This document shows, piece after piece, positions 1-9,049 of a DNA stretch of 64,000 nt. The DNA is taken from the NCBI GenBank assembly GCA_963816145.1, contig CAWFJP010000005.1, forward strand, positions 64,001-128,000, given 5' to 3'. The translations under genes and the position numbers were made by a program. Below the pieces are notes generated by a model. The model was not told the origin of the DNA. It ran no database searches and saw only the letters and a program-made list of their open reading frames with translations. The DNA comes from an uncultured delta proteobacterium. GTDB taxonomy: Bacteria; Desulfobacterota; Binatia; UBA9968. Position 1 is the first letter of the stretch. Every line of letters starts with the position of its first letter.

Positions 1-79
1 GGTGCGCTACAAACTGTATTCCCATGGCTGCGGCCGGGCCCAGCGTCTGGAAGAGGTATGGGGCGCGGCGAAGAAGTAA
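1..79 (+). CDS. msrA: 3' end of peptide-methionine (S)-S-oxide reductase MsrA (partial)
   Basis: Frame 2 reads VRYKLYSHGCGRAQRLEEVWGAAKK*, matching the Y..CGR..RL..WG C-terminus of one MsrA subfamily; truncated by the window edge. Confidence 0.6.
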   Translation, partial: VRYKLYSHGCGRAQRLEEVWGAAKK

Positions 80-106
80 GCGCGTTGGAATTGGCGGCGC
101 AGATTT

Positions 107-1045
107 CTACGCCTTAGCTAGGTAACTCGCCATTCGCGCGCGCATCCGCGCATCAGGCAGCGGGCTAAAACCCGCCTGCATATTATCGATTAGGTGGCTG
201 ACTTTGCTGGTTGCGGGAATGGCGCAGGTGACCGCCGGATGGGCGATGATGAACTTCAGAAAATATTGAGCCCAGCTGGCGCAGCCAATCTCTTTTACCC
301 AGGGCGGCAAAGCTTTGCCGCGGGTGCGATCAAACAATGCGCTTCCGGCGAAGGGCCGGTTGACCAGCACCGCGATGCGCTTTTCCGCGGCGAGTGGTAA
401 CAGTCGCTCTTCGGCGTCGCGTTCCGCTATCGAGTAGTTCAATTGGACGAAATCCAACTCCTCGGTTGCCAACACCCGAGCAAGTTCGGCATAAGCTCCG
501 GCATGGTAATGGGTCACGCCGAGGTAACGAATCTTGCCCTCATCTCGCCACTTTCGCAGCGTCGTCAGTTGCGTACGGTAGTCGACTAGATTATGAACCT
601 GCATGAGGTCGAGTTTCGTCACGCGCAGCCGGCGGAACGATTCTTCCATCTGGCGAATGCCCGCGTCGCGCCCGCTGGTCCACACTTTGGTCGCGACGAA
701 CAGCTGCTTGTGAATGCCAAGTTCGGCGGCGATCTCGCCGCCGACGGTTTCTGACCTGCCATACATCGGCGAAGAATCGATGACGCTGCCGCCACGCTGA
801 ACAAACTCGCGCAGGACTTCCTTCAACGGCGCACGCTCCGCCGTGCCTGCGCCGACGTCGAAGGTTTGCCAAGTGCCGAGGCCGATGACCGGCAACAACT
901 CACCGCTACGCGGGATCGGTTTACGCAGAATCGATTGGGCCATCGCGCGTTTTCCCATCAGAGCCAGTGCAGCTCCGCTAGCTCCGGCGCGCAATAACTG
1001 GCGGCGTGACAGCAGAGCTCGTTCGGTCAATTTGACAAAGTCCAT
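107..1045 (-). CDS. Aldo/keto reductase with twin-arginine (Tat)-like leader
   Basis: AKR motifs IGLGTW, IDSSPMYG, ATKV, DLMQVHN, VQLNYS, AIPATS; leader SRRQLL..AMA; ATG at 1045. Confidence 0.9.
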   Translation of the reverse strand: MDFVKLTERALLSRRQLLRAGASGAALALMGKRAMAQSILRKPIPRSGELLPVIGLGTWQTFDVGAGTAERAPLKEVLREFVQRGGSVIDSSPMYGRSETVGGEIAAELGIHKQLFVATKVWTSGRDAGIRQMEESFRRLRVTKLDLMQVHNLVDYRTQLTTLRKWRDEGKIRYLGVTHYHAGAYAELARVLATEELDFVQLNYSIAERDAEERLLPLAAEKRIAVLVNRPFAGSALFDRTRGKALPPWVKEIGCASWAQYFLKFIIAHPAVTCAIPATSKVSHLIDNMQAGFSPLPDARMRARMASYLAKA

Positions 1046-1205
1046 CGCCGGTCTGCCGGTTGTCGTCGGATTCAAGTCGCGGTGTAAAGGTCGAGAGAAC
1101 CGATTTTCCAGAAATAGACGAGGAGAGTCATTCCATTCTCCGGCCTGGTTAAAATTGATTGAAGTCGATCTGTGTTCCGAGTTTCGCCAAAGCCTTATAT
1201 TCTCG

Positions 1206-1745
1206 TCACTGCTGGATGCTGACCTCGACGCGGCGCGCTTCGGCATCGTTGCCGCTGCCAGCGGTTTCTTGGGGCTTTTGCATGACGATGCGCTCTTCTT
1301 CGATGCCGGCGGCTTTGAGCGCTTCGTGCACGGCTTTGGCGCGGTTCTTGGCCAGTTCTTGGTTTTGCGCTTTGTCGCCGGTTGGATCGTGGTAGCCGGA
1401 GATCACCGCTTTGCTGGCGGCGTTGGCCTTCAAGAATTCGACAATCGGTTTCATGGTGTCGCCGGCGTCATTGGGCAGATCGTTTTTACCCACTTCAAAG
1501 AACAGCTTCGCTGCCGGCGGAATCGCCGCTGCCGGAGCCGGCTCAGCAGCCGGTGTCGGCGCAGCTTGAGGCGCCACGGCTGGCGCCGGCTTGACGATGG
1601 GCGGCAATTCATGGCCGCGGGTGCAATTGAAAGTCAGCCATAACAGTGCGGCAATGCCGATGAACCAGGGTATCGGTCGTTCAGTTGCTGGACTGGCGTC
1701 AGACATGTGCAGATCTCCCGAAGTGACTTTTGAATACTGTGCCAT
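1206..1745 (-). CDS. OmpA/MotB-like peptidoglycan-binding protein with N-terminal membrane anchor and Pro/Ala linker
   Basis: LFFEVGK, ISGYHDPTG..NQELAKNRA.AV, ARRVEV motifs; start may lie downstream (M at 1706). Confidence 0.85.
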   Translation of the reverse strand: MAQYSKVTSGDLHMSDASPATERPIPWFIGIAALLWLTFNCTRGHELPPIVKPAPAVAPQAAPTPAAEPAPAAAIPPAAKLFFEVGKNDLPNDAGDTMKPIVEFLKANAASKAVISGYHDPTGDKAQNQELAKNRAKAVHEALKAAGIEEERIVMQKPQETAGSGNDAEARRVEVSIQQ

Positions 1746-1840
1746 GCAATGCGCAGCACCCTAGACTTAAGCTGAGAAGGATTTGCTTTCAAGGGATGCG
1801 GTGAAAAAGCCGAGGTTTGCCAATCTGGTGTGCTTTGCGA

Positions 1841-2707
1841 TCAAATGCCCATGTTGTCTTCGGGTTTTCGTTGTGGGCCTTTTTTCCGCGGGATGCCGCG
1901 CCAGTCTCCCGACATCCAGAACTCGGTGCAGCAGCCGAACACACCGAGCGGGATCGCCAGGGCCATAATGAAATACCAAAGCTCGTCGCTCGAACCGCCG
2001 AGAAATGAGGTTACGCTAATGACGGCTTTTGCTGCGCCGCCGCCGAAGACCGCGCCCATGGCGAGCCGGGGCCAGCGCTGTACGCCATACTGCGTCGCGT
2101 AGATACCCCAGAGGCCGCCGACGAAGAACGCCAGAAATGGGGCGATAAAGAGCGCGAAAATCGGCGCAGCGCCGCGGCCGCGCAAGGACATCTCTTCGAG
2201 ATTCTCATCGGCGTTCGGCGTGCCCACACGCATGTCGCCGCGGAGCACGCGGAAGAGATAATGCACCGCGCCGTGGATGCCGAGATCGGGTCTAAGGCCG
2301 TTGATATAGAGCGCAACCTGCTCGCGTAGTTTCTCGCTAGTTGCCGGCTGCGGCAGCAATGGCTTTAACTGCGCGCCGGCATGAAAGCCGACCTCGTGCT
2401 CGGCGCGGGCGATCACCACCAGCACGGTCTTGCCGCGCTCGCTATCGCTCAATGGTAAACGGTTGAACGCGTCCTGTGCGAGATCTTCAATCTTGGCGCC
2501 ATCGAGGCTTTTGACGGTCACAATCGCGACATGGTTGGCGGTCTCGGTGCCGAATCGGTGCAGTCGGTGTTCGAGATCTTCGAGACTGGCCGGCGGAAAC
2601 ATGCCGGCGAAATCGCTGATGGTGGTTTTGAGCGGCGGCAAATCGGCGGCTGCCGAGTTCGCGACAAACCCAAATTGCAGCAGAAAAGCTAGAAGAATAG
2701 CGGTCAT
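1841..2707 (-). CDS. TPM-domain (YgcG-like) membrane protein
   Basis: Signal peptide, ISDFAGMF..LEHRL..F..ET..VAIVTVKSLDG..IED.A pattern, three C-terminal TM helices; ATG overlaps the upstream TGA (ATGA). Confidence 0.7.
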   Translation of the reverse strand: MTAILLAFLLQFGFVANSAAADLPPLKTTISDFAGMFPPASLEDLEHRLHRFGTETANHVAIVTVKSLDGAKIEDLAQDAFNRLPLSDSERGKTVLVVIARAEHEVGFHAGAQLKPLLPQPATSEKLREQVALYINGLRPDLGIHGAVHYLFRVLRGDMRVGTPNADENLEEMSLRGRGAAPIFALFIAPFLAFFVGGLWGIYATQYGVQRWPRLAMGAVFGGGAAKAVISVTSFLGGSSDELWYFIMALAIPLGVFGCCTEFWMSGDWRGIPRKKGPQRKPEDNMGI

Positions 2708-3501
2708 TTTCCGCCGTCGAGCGCGCCCCGGGCGCGCCGCTCTAACTCCGCCAACTGGATTTTGCTCAAGGGAAAGCCGAATTGCTCGTTGCGCATGCGC
2801 AGACGCTGGCCGCACACGACGGCGATAATCTCGGCGGCGCGATTTAAGTCGCTAGCGGTCTTGATTTGTCCGCCGAGGGCCCGGGCGCCGATGTCTTTAT
2901 GCGCGATTTCATCGAGCAGGATTTCGTGGAACACGCGGGCGATCCTTGCCTCGATGCCGGTCTTCTTGAGCTTACTACAAACTAAATATAGCGCGCCGCC
3001 GCCGCCCTCGGTCAATGTGATCGCAGCGCGTTCGAGATCCTCATCTTTGCGCTTCATCTCTCTGGGGCTCACTTTGCCCGAACCATGCAACAGTGTGGCA
3101 TAACTCTTGGAGTACTTGGCGCGGACCTTGGCGAGCTTACGGTCCGCCGGCAGCCAGGTGAGATCCCGCGGCCCGGTCTTTTTGCCGCTGATTTCTTGCA
3201 CCAGATCCATCACCAGACGCGCATGCTTGGTCTCGTCGGCGAGTTTTTCCGTCAGCTCGGCGTAGTCGTGACGATCGATGCCGCGGTCGATCTTCGGATG
3301 GAGCGCTGTCAGGGCATCGATGATCGGCTTAATCGCGGAGTATTCTTTGAAGCCCTGAGCTTTAAGCCAACGTAGATGGTCCATCGGCTTGCGCGGCTTC
3401 TTGAAAAACGCCGCGATCACGTCGGCTTCGGCGTTGGCGTACGCTTTGGCGAGTCGCGTGAGTTGTTTGACGTATCCGTTCACGAGATAGGCGTGAGGCA
3501 T
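2704..3501 (-). CDS. Ferritin-like (diiron-carboxylate) domain protein
   Basis: Two E...DExxH sets: FKEY..DETKH and LTEG..DEIAH; helical character. Confidence 0.6.
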   Translation of the reverse strand: MPHAYLVNGYVKQLTRLAKAYANAEADVIAAFFKKPRKPMDHLRWLKAQGFKEYSAIKPIIDALTALHPKIDRGIDRHDYAELTEKLADETKHARLVMDLVQEISGKKTGPRDLTWLPADRKLAKVRAKYSKSYATLLHGSGKVSPREMKRKDEDLERAAITLTEGGGGALYLVCSKLKKTGIEARIARVFHEILLDEIAHKDIGARALGGQIKTASDLNRAAEIIAVVCGQRLRMRNEQFGFPLSKIQLAELERRARGALDGGK

Positions 3502-3685
3502 GAGGCTTGAGGCGCGAGGATTCTCGGAAAGCACAATAATTCAATCCGGGCTGAATCACTTTCGAGCTTATCGTCGCGCATAACCTATTTCCAAACTTTG
3601 AGTCACTTGCGTTCTACGCAGCCATTTCTCCGATACCGAAGTGTTTCCCACTTTGTGGCTTTTGTGCACTTTGTGGCTAAACTCT

Positions 3686-4201
3686 TTATTTCGTTGGCGC
3701 CGGGACGGTTGTGCCGCAGTTCTTGCATGTGCGCAGTTTTTCGTCGCTCGAAAACGTTTGATAGACTTGGCCCACCGGATCGGCGCGGTAGTCGCCGACT
3801 TCGGCGGAAGTTTCGTAGACTTTCTCGCCGCATTGACGGCAAAACCATTTGAAGTAATCGATCTCACCCGCTTTGCGTTTCCGTTCGAAGACGATGAACC
3901 ACGAGTCTGCTTCAAGCCGCGGCGAATGCGGCACACCGGCGGGACAGAGCAGGATCTGACCGGCTTTGATGTTGGCGGTATGTTCCTGGTTGGTTTCATC
4001 GCGGTAGACCAGATGTTGCACGCCGGTGAGTTGTAGCGTTACCTCATCCGCCGGATCGATGTGGAAATCCCACCGCTCTTTCCTTCCGCTGCTCAAGAAC
4101 GCGATCGACTCCGAGTCCTGCCACAACACGCGCCGCGTCTTGCCCTCGGCTTTGACCTCTTCGATGACTCTAGTAACATCCAGCGGAATGAGCTTTTCCA
4201 T
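3686..4201 (-). CDS. 3-hydroxyanthranilate 3,4-dioxygenase-like cupin
   Basis: R.DFHIDP.DE..Q, PAGVPHSPR, ERKR, and rubredoxin-like CRQC / CKNC pairs; ATG at 4201. Confidence 0.8.
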   Translation of the reverse strand: MEKLIPLDVTRVIEEVKAEGKTRRVLWQDSESIAFLSSGRKERWDFHIDPADEVTLQLTGVQHLVYRDETNQEHTANIKAGQILLCPAGVPHSPRLEADSWFIVFERKRKAGEIDYFKWFCRQCGEKVYETSAEVGDYRADPVGQVYQTFSSDEKLRTCKNCGTTVPAPTK

Positions 4202-4544
4202 GGGCCGACTATAGCGCTTTCGAAAGCGGCGGGGCAACCGGCAGGCAATCAAAGGATCTTTGTTTTAAACGGTTCGCAGACAGAATGGGGAACCGGCACT
4301 TCGATTGGATGTTTTCTCTGAGGACTTTGGCACGCACGAGCTCTCCGGGTCAGCTCTCGCGACGCCGGGCCGGCAAAACTCTAATCAACATTGAGGGCGG
4401 TTCCAAACCGACTCCGGCTGATGACCACAGCCGGGTTACGTGAAAGGGCGTTCGTTATGGTTTTGATGCAGCTACTCAAAGTTTCGCTGATCTGCGAAAC
4501 CGTTAAGTGTTTGATCTCTGCGGGTTCAATTTTGCGAATCGGCG

Positions 4545-4937
4545 CTACTCGTCGGCGATGTCATACAGTGCCTGGAACTTTTCCGCGCTGATGGCGTAGG
4601 CGTCTGTGCCGTCTTGGTTATTAGAGACTAGATAATCACCAGCCTGATAGGCCGTTTCGCCTTCTTTGGTCTTTATTTTTCCAGGCTTGTCGGCGACCTC
4701 GGCCCAAATTGGCGTCGATTTTGTATAAACGCCTGGGCTAACGAACTCGTACGTCCTCGCAAACGATTCCTGCTCTACCGTGTATTTGTCGCCGTTGTTG
4801 TCGACCAGCCAATCGCCGCGCTTGCAGACTTGCCGGCCACCCCATTTATTGTAAACGAACCCTTCGGTGTCGAGGTCCAGTTGAACCGCAGTGACAAAGG
4901 AGGTCGCCTTGCTTTTATGTTTACGTCTAATGGCCAT
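4545..4937 (-). CDS. Small hypothetical protein with two PGDYG-like repeats
   Basis: Repeats RGDWLVDNNGDKYTVEQESFARTY and AGDYLVSNNQDGTDAYAISAEKFQALY; AAGGAG RBS before ATG at 4937. Confidence 0.75.
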   Translation of the reverse strand: MAIRRKHKSKATSFVTAVQLDLDTEGFVYNKWGGRQVCKRGDWLVDNNGDKYTVEQESFARTYEFVSPGVYTKSTPIWAEVADKPGKIKTKEGETAYQAGDYLVSNNQDGTDAYAISAEKFQALYDIADE

Positions 4938-4970
4938 TTGATGCTCCTTCGACGGTGTGTTCAACCGTTA

Positions 4971-6134
4971 TCATGGCTGGAGGTCGAAGTCGGTCGGAAA
5001 GTGGTGCGCACCGACTTTTGCCGTGCCGATCCATTCGCCGATCTGTTTGAGCCGCGCCATGTTCGCCGGATCGTCCATTTCGTTCAATTCCGCTATCTCG
5101 GCGGGTGACAGACCCAAGCCCAAAGCATCAAGTGTCTCTTGTTTGAGGTCGATGTTGTAACGAAGATAGCTTAGCAGCGGCGCTGGCGTGAGCCGGTCAT
5201 TGCGGAGGTCGCCGATCTCGCCATCGATCATGCGCGCGGTTGGGCTCTGGGACATCCATTGCAGCAGCGTTTCCATCAGAGCTGCGCAATCGTCCATGAG
5301 GGAAAACAGCGCGTTGACGCCGTGCAGCGCGGCTAGGTTGCTGGGCGCCACCGCGGGATCTCGCGAACCGGTTCCCACGGAGGTGAGCAATAGGTTTTTC
5401 TCGCCCACCGGCCAGCCGACGCGATATCCTTCGATCGTGGCGTACATTAGCGCCTGCAGGGCGGGATTGTTGTAGGGGCTCACGCCGCCATCAACAAATT
5501 GTCCCCGGACGGTGTTTTTTCCCGGCGCGGTAATCTCGATGTCCTCCGGTTCAAAATATTTTGGCGCCGCCGTGGATGCGCGTACCAGGCGCCACAGCGG
5601 ATAGTCTTTGTTGGGGATGACTTCGGGTTTCGAACGGGGACCAAAGTATTTGCCCTTGGGATTGTTTCCCAGCGGCCAAGGGCTGCCGGAGTCGAGCCTC
5701 TTGGTAACGATCAACAATCCGGTTTTGAGTTCGGGACTGCCGAGCGTGGTGTGCTCGCCGAAGGTCTCTTTGAGGATGCCGATCAATTCCTGCTCGTCAT
5801 AGAGCGCGCGCAGGTAGCCATCGCGAAGACAACTTTTCTGAAAAACTCGTTGGCCCAAATCGAGATACATGTCGCTGATCGCTTCAACCGTCATGCCGCG
5901 GGCCAGGGCGGCGGCGATGATCGCGCCGGTGGAGGTGCCGGCGATCAAGTCGAAGTAATCGCTAAGGCGAAACCGGTCGTCGCCGCCGTGACGATCTTTG
6001 AGCAGCGCTTCGATCCTTGCCAGAATGCCAAGTGTGAGTATGCCGCGGACGCCCCCACCGTCGAGCGCCAAAATCCGCTTGGGATTGCCGTCCGCGAGAA
6101 AGTGCTCATCGCGAGTTTTTACCTTGTAGTCCAT
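4971..6134 (-). CDS. Patatin-like phospholipase
   Basis: DGGGVRG oxyanion loop, GTSTG nucleophile, ASTAAP, DGG catalytic Asp; GGAGG RBS. Confidence 0.93.
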   Translation of the reverse strand: MDYKVKTRDEHFLADGNPKRILALDGGGVRGILTLGILARIEALLKDRHGGDDRFRLSDYFDLIAGTSTGAIIAAALARGMTVEAISDMYLDLGQRVFQKSCLRDGYLRALYDEQELIGILKETFGEHTTLGSPELKTGLLIVTKRLDSGSPWPLGNNPKGKYFGPRSKPEVIPNKDYPLWRLVRASTAAPKYFEPEDIEITAPGKNTVRGQFVDGGVSPYNNPALQALMYATIEGYRVGWPVGEKNLLLTSVGTGSRDPAVAPSNLAALHGVNALFSLMDDCAALMETLLQWMSQSPTARMIDGEIGDLRNDRLTPAPLLSYLRYNIDLKQETLDALGLGLSPAEIAELNEMDDPANMARLKQIGEWIGTAKVGAHHFPTDFDLQP

Positions 6135-6460
6135 GATCGTCCTCCGCGCTGGCTTCGAGAGCTATATAACCAATCTGGCCGTGAATGTCACTGTGACAAT
6201 GTTACTCGGCGCTCCCGCGGCGCACAAATCGTGGCAGGTGCTGAAGTCTCGCGGATCCGAATATCCTCGCCCAAAGGCGCTAAGGCGCAGAGGATCGGCT
6301 AACCAGATATTACCGTCGTACGACTATTAATCTTCCGAACTTCGCGTCTTTGCACCTTTGCGCAAAGTGATAGGTTTTCGCTTGCGGCTCCGCCGGACGA
6401 TGTTGACGATCGAAGCGGCGCGGTGATAAGTCTTATGTCAATTCTATTCGGAGGTGTTGC

Positions 6461-7252
6461 ATGGCTGAGCGTGTTTGGGAGAAGTTTCTCACGGCGCAAG
6501 ACAAGGCTACGTTAACCGGCAAGCCGGACCGGCGCATCGGTTTCGGCGAGCGGCCGGCGTTGTTATTGATCGATCTTTATCGCTGGGTGTTTGGCGACAA
6601 ACCGGAGGCTGTGACCGAGGCGATCAAGACTTGGCCCGGGAGCTGCGGGATGGCTGGGTGGAATGCGTTGCCGCATATTCAAAAACTGCTCTCCAAGTGC
6701 CGCGAAGTCGGCATTCCGATCATTCATGTGACCGGCATGGACGGTGTCGCGGTCGAGCCCTGGGCTTTTCGCCGCGATACCAAGAAGCGCGCGACCATGG
6801 GCGCCGAGGAGCTGGATCGTTTTCGCCGTCGCTATGACATCGTCGACGAGGTCAAACCGATCCCCGGCGAGACCGTATTTAAAAAAGTTTCCCCGAGCGC
6901 CTTTTGGGGCACGCCGCTGGTCGGCCACTTAAACTTTCTCGGCGTCGATACCATCATCACCTGCGGCGAGAGCACCAGTGGCTGCGTGCGCGCCAGCGTG
7001 GTCGACGGCACGACCAACCGCCTGCGCATGGTAGTCGCCGAGGAATGCGTGTTCGATCGCCATGAAGCTTGTCATGCGATCAACCTTTTCGATATGAATC
7101 AGAAATATGCCGACGTATTGCCGCTTGATGACATCATCAAATATCTCGACGGCTGGCGCGCTGAGAAGGCCGGGCAGGTCGGTTACGCGAACAATAGCAT
7201 GGAGTATTTGAAGGACCTCGGGATTGGGGAAACGTATAAGGGCCTACGCTAG
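6461..7252 (+). CDS. Isochorismatase-family cysteine hydrolase (maleamate/N-carbamoylsarcosine amidase-like)
   Basis: PALLLID, KK.SPSAFWGT, GESTSGCVRASVVD (Asp-Lys-Cys triad). Confidence 0.9.
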   Translation: MAERVWEKFLTAQDKATLTGKPDRRIGFGERPALLLIDLYRWVFGDKPEAVTEAIKTWPGSCGMAGWNALPHIQKLLSKCREVGIPIIHVTGMDGVAVEPWAFRRDTKKRATMGAEELDRFRRRYDIVDEVKPIPGETVFKKVSPSAFWGTPLVGHLNFLGVDTIITCGESTSGCVRASVVDGTTNRLRMVVAEECVFDRHEACHAINLFDMNQKYADVLPLDDIIKYLDGWRAEKAGQVGYANNSMEYLKDLGIGETYKGLR

Positions 7253-7264
7253 GCGCGCAATCCT

Positions 7265-7329
7265 GTTCAAGGTTCAAAAGTTCAAGGTTCGGACCGGGGA
7301 TCGAAACGTTGAACTTTTGAACCTTGAAC
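7265..7329. repeat. Heptamer-built inverted repeat between convergent genes (possible bidirectional terminator)
   Basis: gttcaaggttcaaaagttcaa ... ttgaacttttgaaccttgaac forms a perfect 21-bp stem. Confidence 0.75.
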
Positions 7330-7359
7330 GGTTTCTTTAATTCTCTACTGGTCGGCAGC

Positions 7360-8535
7360 CTATGCTACTTCGGCCGGTTGTTGCTTTAACCCTAGCCAAG
7401 TCAAAACTACCACAATGGCGGAGATGAACGCCATCGTTTGAAATCCTCCCGCATATCCCATCTGTTCGATCAGCGCGCCGCATACCAATGGTCCGATCGC
7501 TTGGCCGAAAGACGTCGACGCGCGAGAGATCCCGAGGCTGAGTTCCTTTGCGCCGGGGTCGGCCGATTGCAGCGCGAAGGTGGTGGCCCCGACATTGGTA
7601 AACCCGAACCCCATGGTCATGATCGCCAACGGCAGCATGAGAGTTATGAAATCTGCGCCATAAACCTGGAGCAAAAACATCGGCACGCCAACGATGACGC
7701 CAAGGAGTATGACCCGCGCGGGTTTGATCCGATCGCATAGCCGTCCGCCGACGTAACGCCCAAGCGTATCGCTCAGACGAGAAATCGACACGATTAAGCC
7801 AACGGTTGGCAAATTCATACCGCGCAGGTTGACCGCAAGAAACGGAAACGCCACGCGCGTGACGCCGACCAAGAACAAGAACGACTGGCAAATCGCCAGG
7901 CAGGAAGCGAGAAAAGGTGTCTTGCCAAGCAGTCTGCGTCCCTCGCGCCACAGATTGGGAGTCAGAACGCGATCCTTGCGCCGGTAGCGGTGCGCGCCGG
8001 CGGCGAAGGCGATGATTATGCCGATGAATTGCGGCGCGGCGTAGAGAAAAAATAATCCATCCGGTCCAAACTTTTTGCCGACGAAGCCGCCGAGCAGCGG
8101 GCCGAGGGTAAAACCGATGCCCAAGGCCGAGGCCATTTGCCCTTGCACTCTGCCCTGACGATTGGGCGGCGATTGGTCGAAGCCAATTTTTCTGAGCGAC
8201 AAGGCAAACATCGCTTCGGTCAGGCCGAAAATGATCCATGCTGCGACAAAAATCGGCATGGTATCCACGAAGGCATAGGCGACGATACTAGTCGCGATGC
8301 CGATGATCATGGCGGCGAAGAGCAATGCGCCCGGGCTGAAATAGGTCGCCATGATTCCGGACATGACGTCGGAACAAACTCGCCCGACACCGTTAGCGAC
8401 CAGCGGTATGCCGACCGCCGCAACGGAATATCCGTGGGCTTTCATAAAAAAGGGCGCGAGCATTGCCGCGCCGGAGGAGCCGGCGGTCTGAAAGATTGCG
8501 GCCAAGATGTATAACGCGAGAGGGGATAGGCTCAT
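7360..8535 (-). CDS. MFS transporter
   Basis: About 12 hydrophobic segments; GGRLCDRIKP motif A variant; GPLLGG. Confidence 0.9.
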   Translation of the reverse strand: MSLSPLALYILAAIFQTAGSSGAAMLAPFFMKAHGYSVAAVGIPLVANGVGRVCSDVMSGIMATYFSPGALLFAAMIIGIATSIVAYAFVDTMPIFVAAWIIFGLTEAMFALSLRKIGFDQSPPNRQGRVQGQMASALGIGFTLGPLLGGFVGKKFGPDGLFFLYAAPQFIGIIIAFAAGAHRYRRKDRVLTPNLWREGRRLLGKTPFLASCLAICQSFLFLVGVTRVAFPFLAVNLRGMNLPTVGLIVSISRLSDTLGRYVGGRLCDRIKPARVILLGVIVGVPMFLLQVYGADFITLMLPLAIMTMGFGFTNVGATTFALQSADPGAKELSLGISRASTSFGQAIGPLVCGALIEQMGYAGGFQTMAFISAIVVVLTWLGLKQQPAEVA

Positions 8536-8652
8536 GGCGCGCGATTATAGCAGCAGATTTGCGGTGATCCCATGTGATCGCGGTTAAATTTATCATGGTG
8601 GACAGCCGGAAACGAGCTTGATAGAAAGACGGCATCAGGCGAGGAGCGAGCG

Positions 8653-8970
8653 ATGGAAATTCTGCAAATTCAAATTCACGAAGCGAAAAAGAAACTCGAT
8701 GAAAAGAATTGTCTGTTCGTCGATATTCGCGATCCAGGTTCGTACCAACAAGCGCATATTCCCGGCGCGCTGCATTTGCACGATGGCAATGTTCAAGAAT
8801 TCTTGCAAAATACCGCCAAGGATCAACCGGTGATTGTCTACTGCTATCACGGTAACAGCAGTATGGGTGCCACCGGGTATTTTCTTGAAAATGGTTTTAC
8901 CAACGTCGCCAGTATGATGGGCGGTTTTGAGGCTTGGCGGCAGGTTTATGAGCATGAAGCGGAAGGATAG
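8653..8970 (+). CDS. glpE: Thiosulfate sulfurtransferase GlpE (single-domain rhodanese)
   Basis: VDIRDP.SY..AHIPGA, active-site CYHGNSS, GGFEAW. Confidence 0.88.
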   Translation: MEILQIQIHEAKKKLDEKNCLFVDIRDPGSYQQAHIPGALHLHDGNVQEFLQNTAKDQPVIVYCYHGNSSMGATGYFLENGFTNVASMMGGFEAWRQVYEHEAEG

Positions 8971-9049
8971 TTTGGGGTTTCAGGTTTCGGGTTAAACTCG
9001 GAACTCGCAACTCAAAGCTCGCAACTAAATCGACCGAAGGGAGATTGAT

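Noticed and set aside
4971-6134. CBASS system (CapV-like patatin)
   Set aside because: No CD-NTase or Cap2/Cap3 gene is adjacent; kept only as a candidate novel pair.
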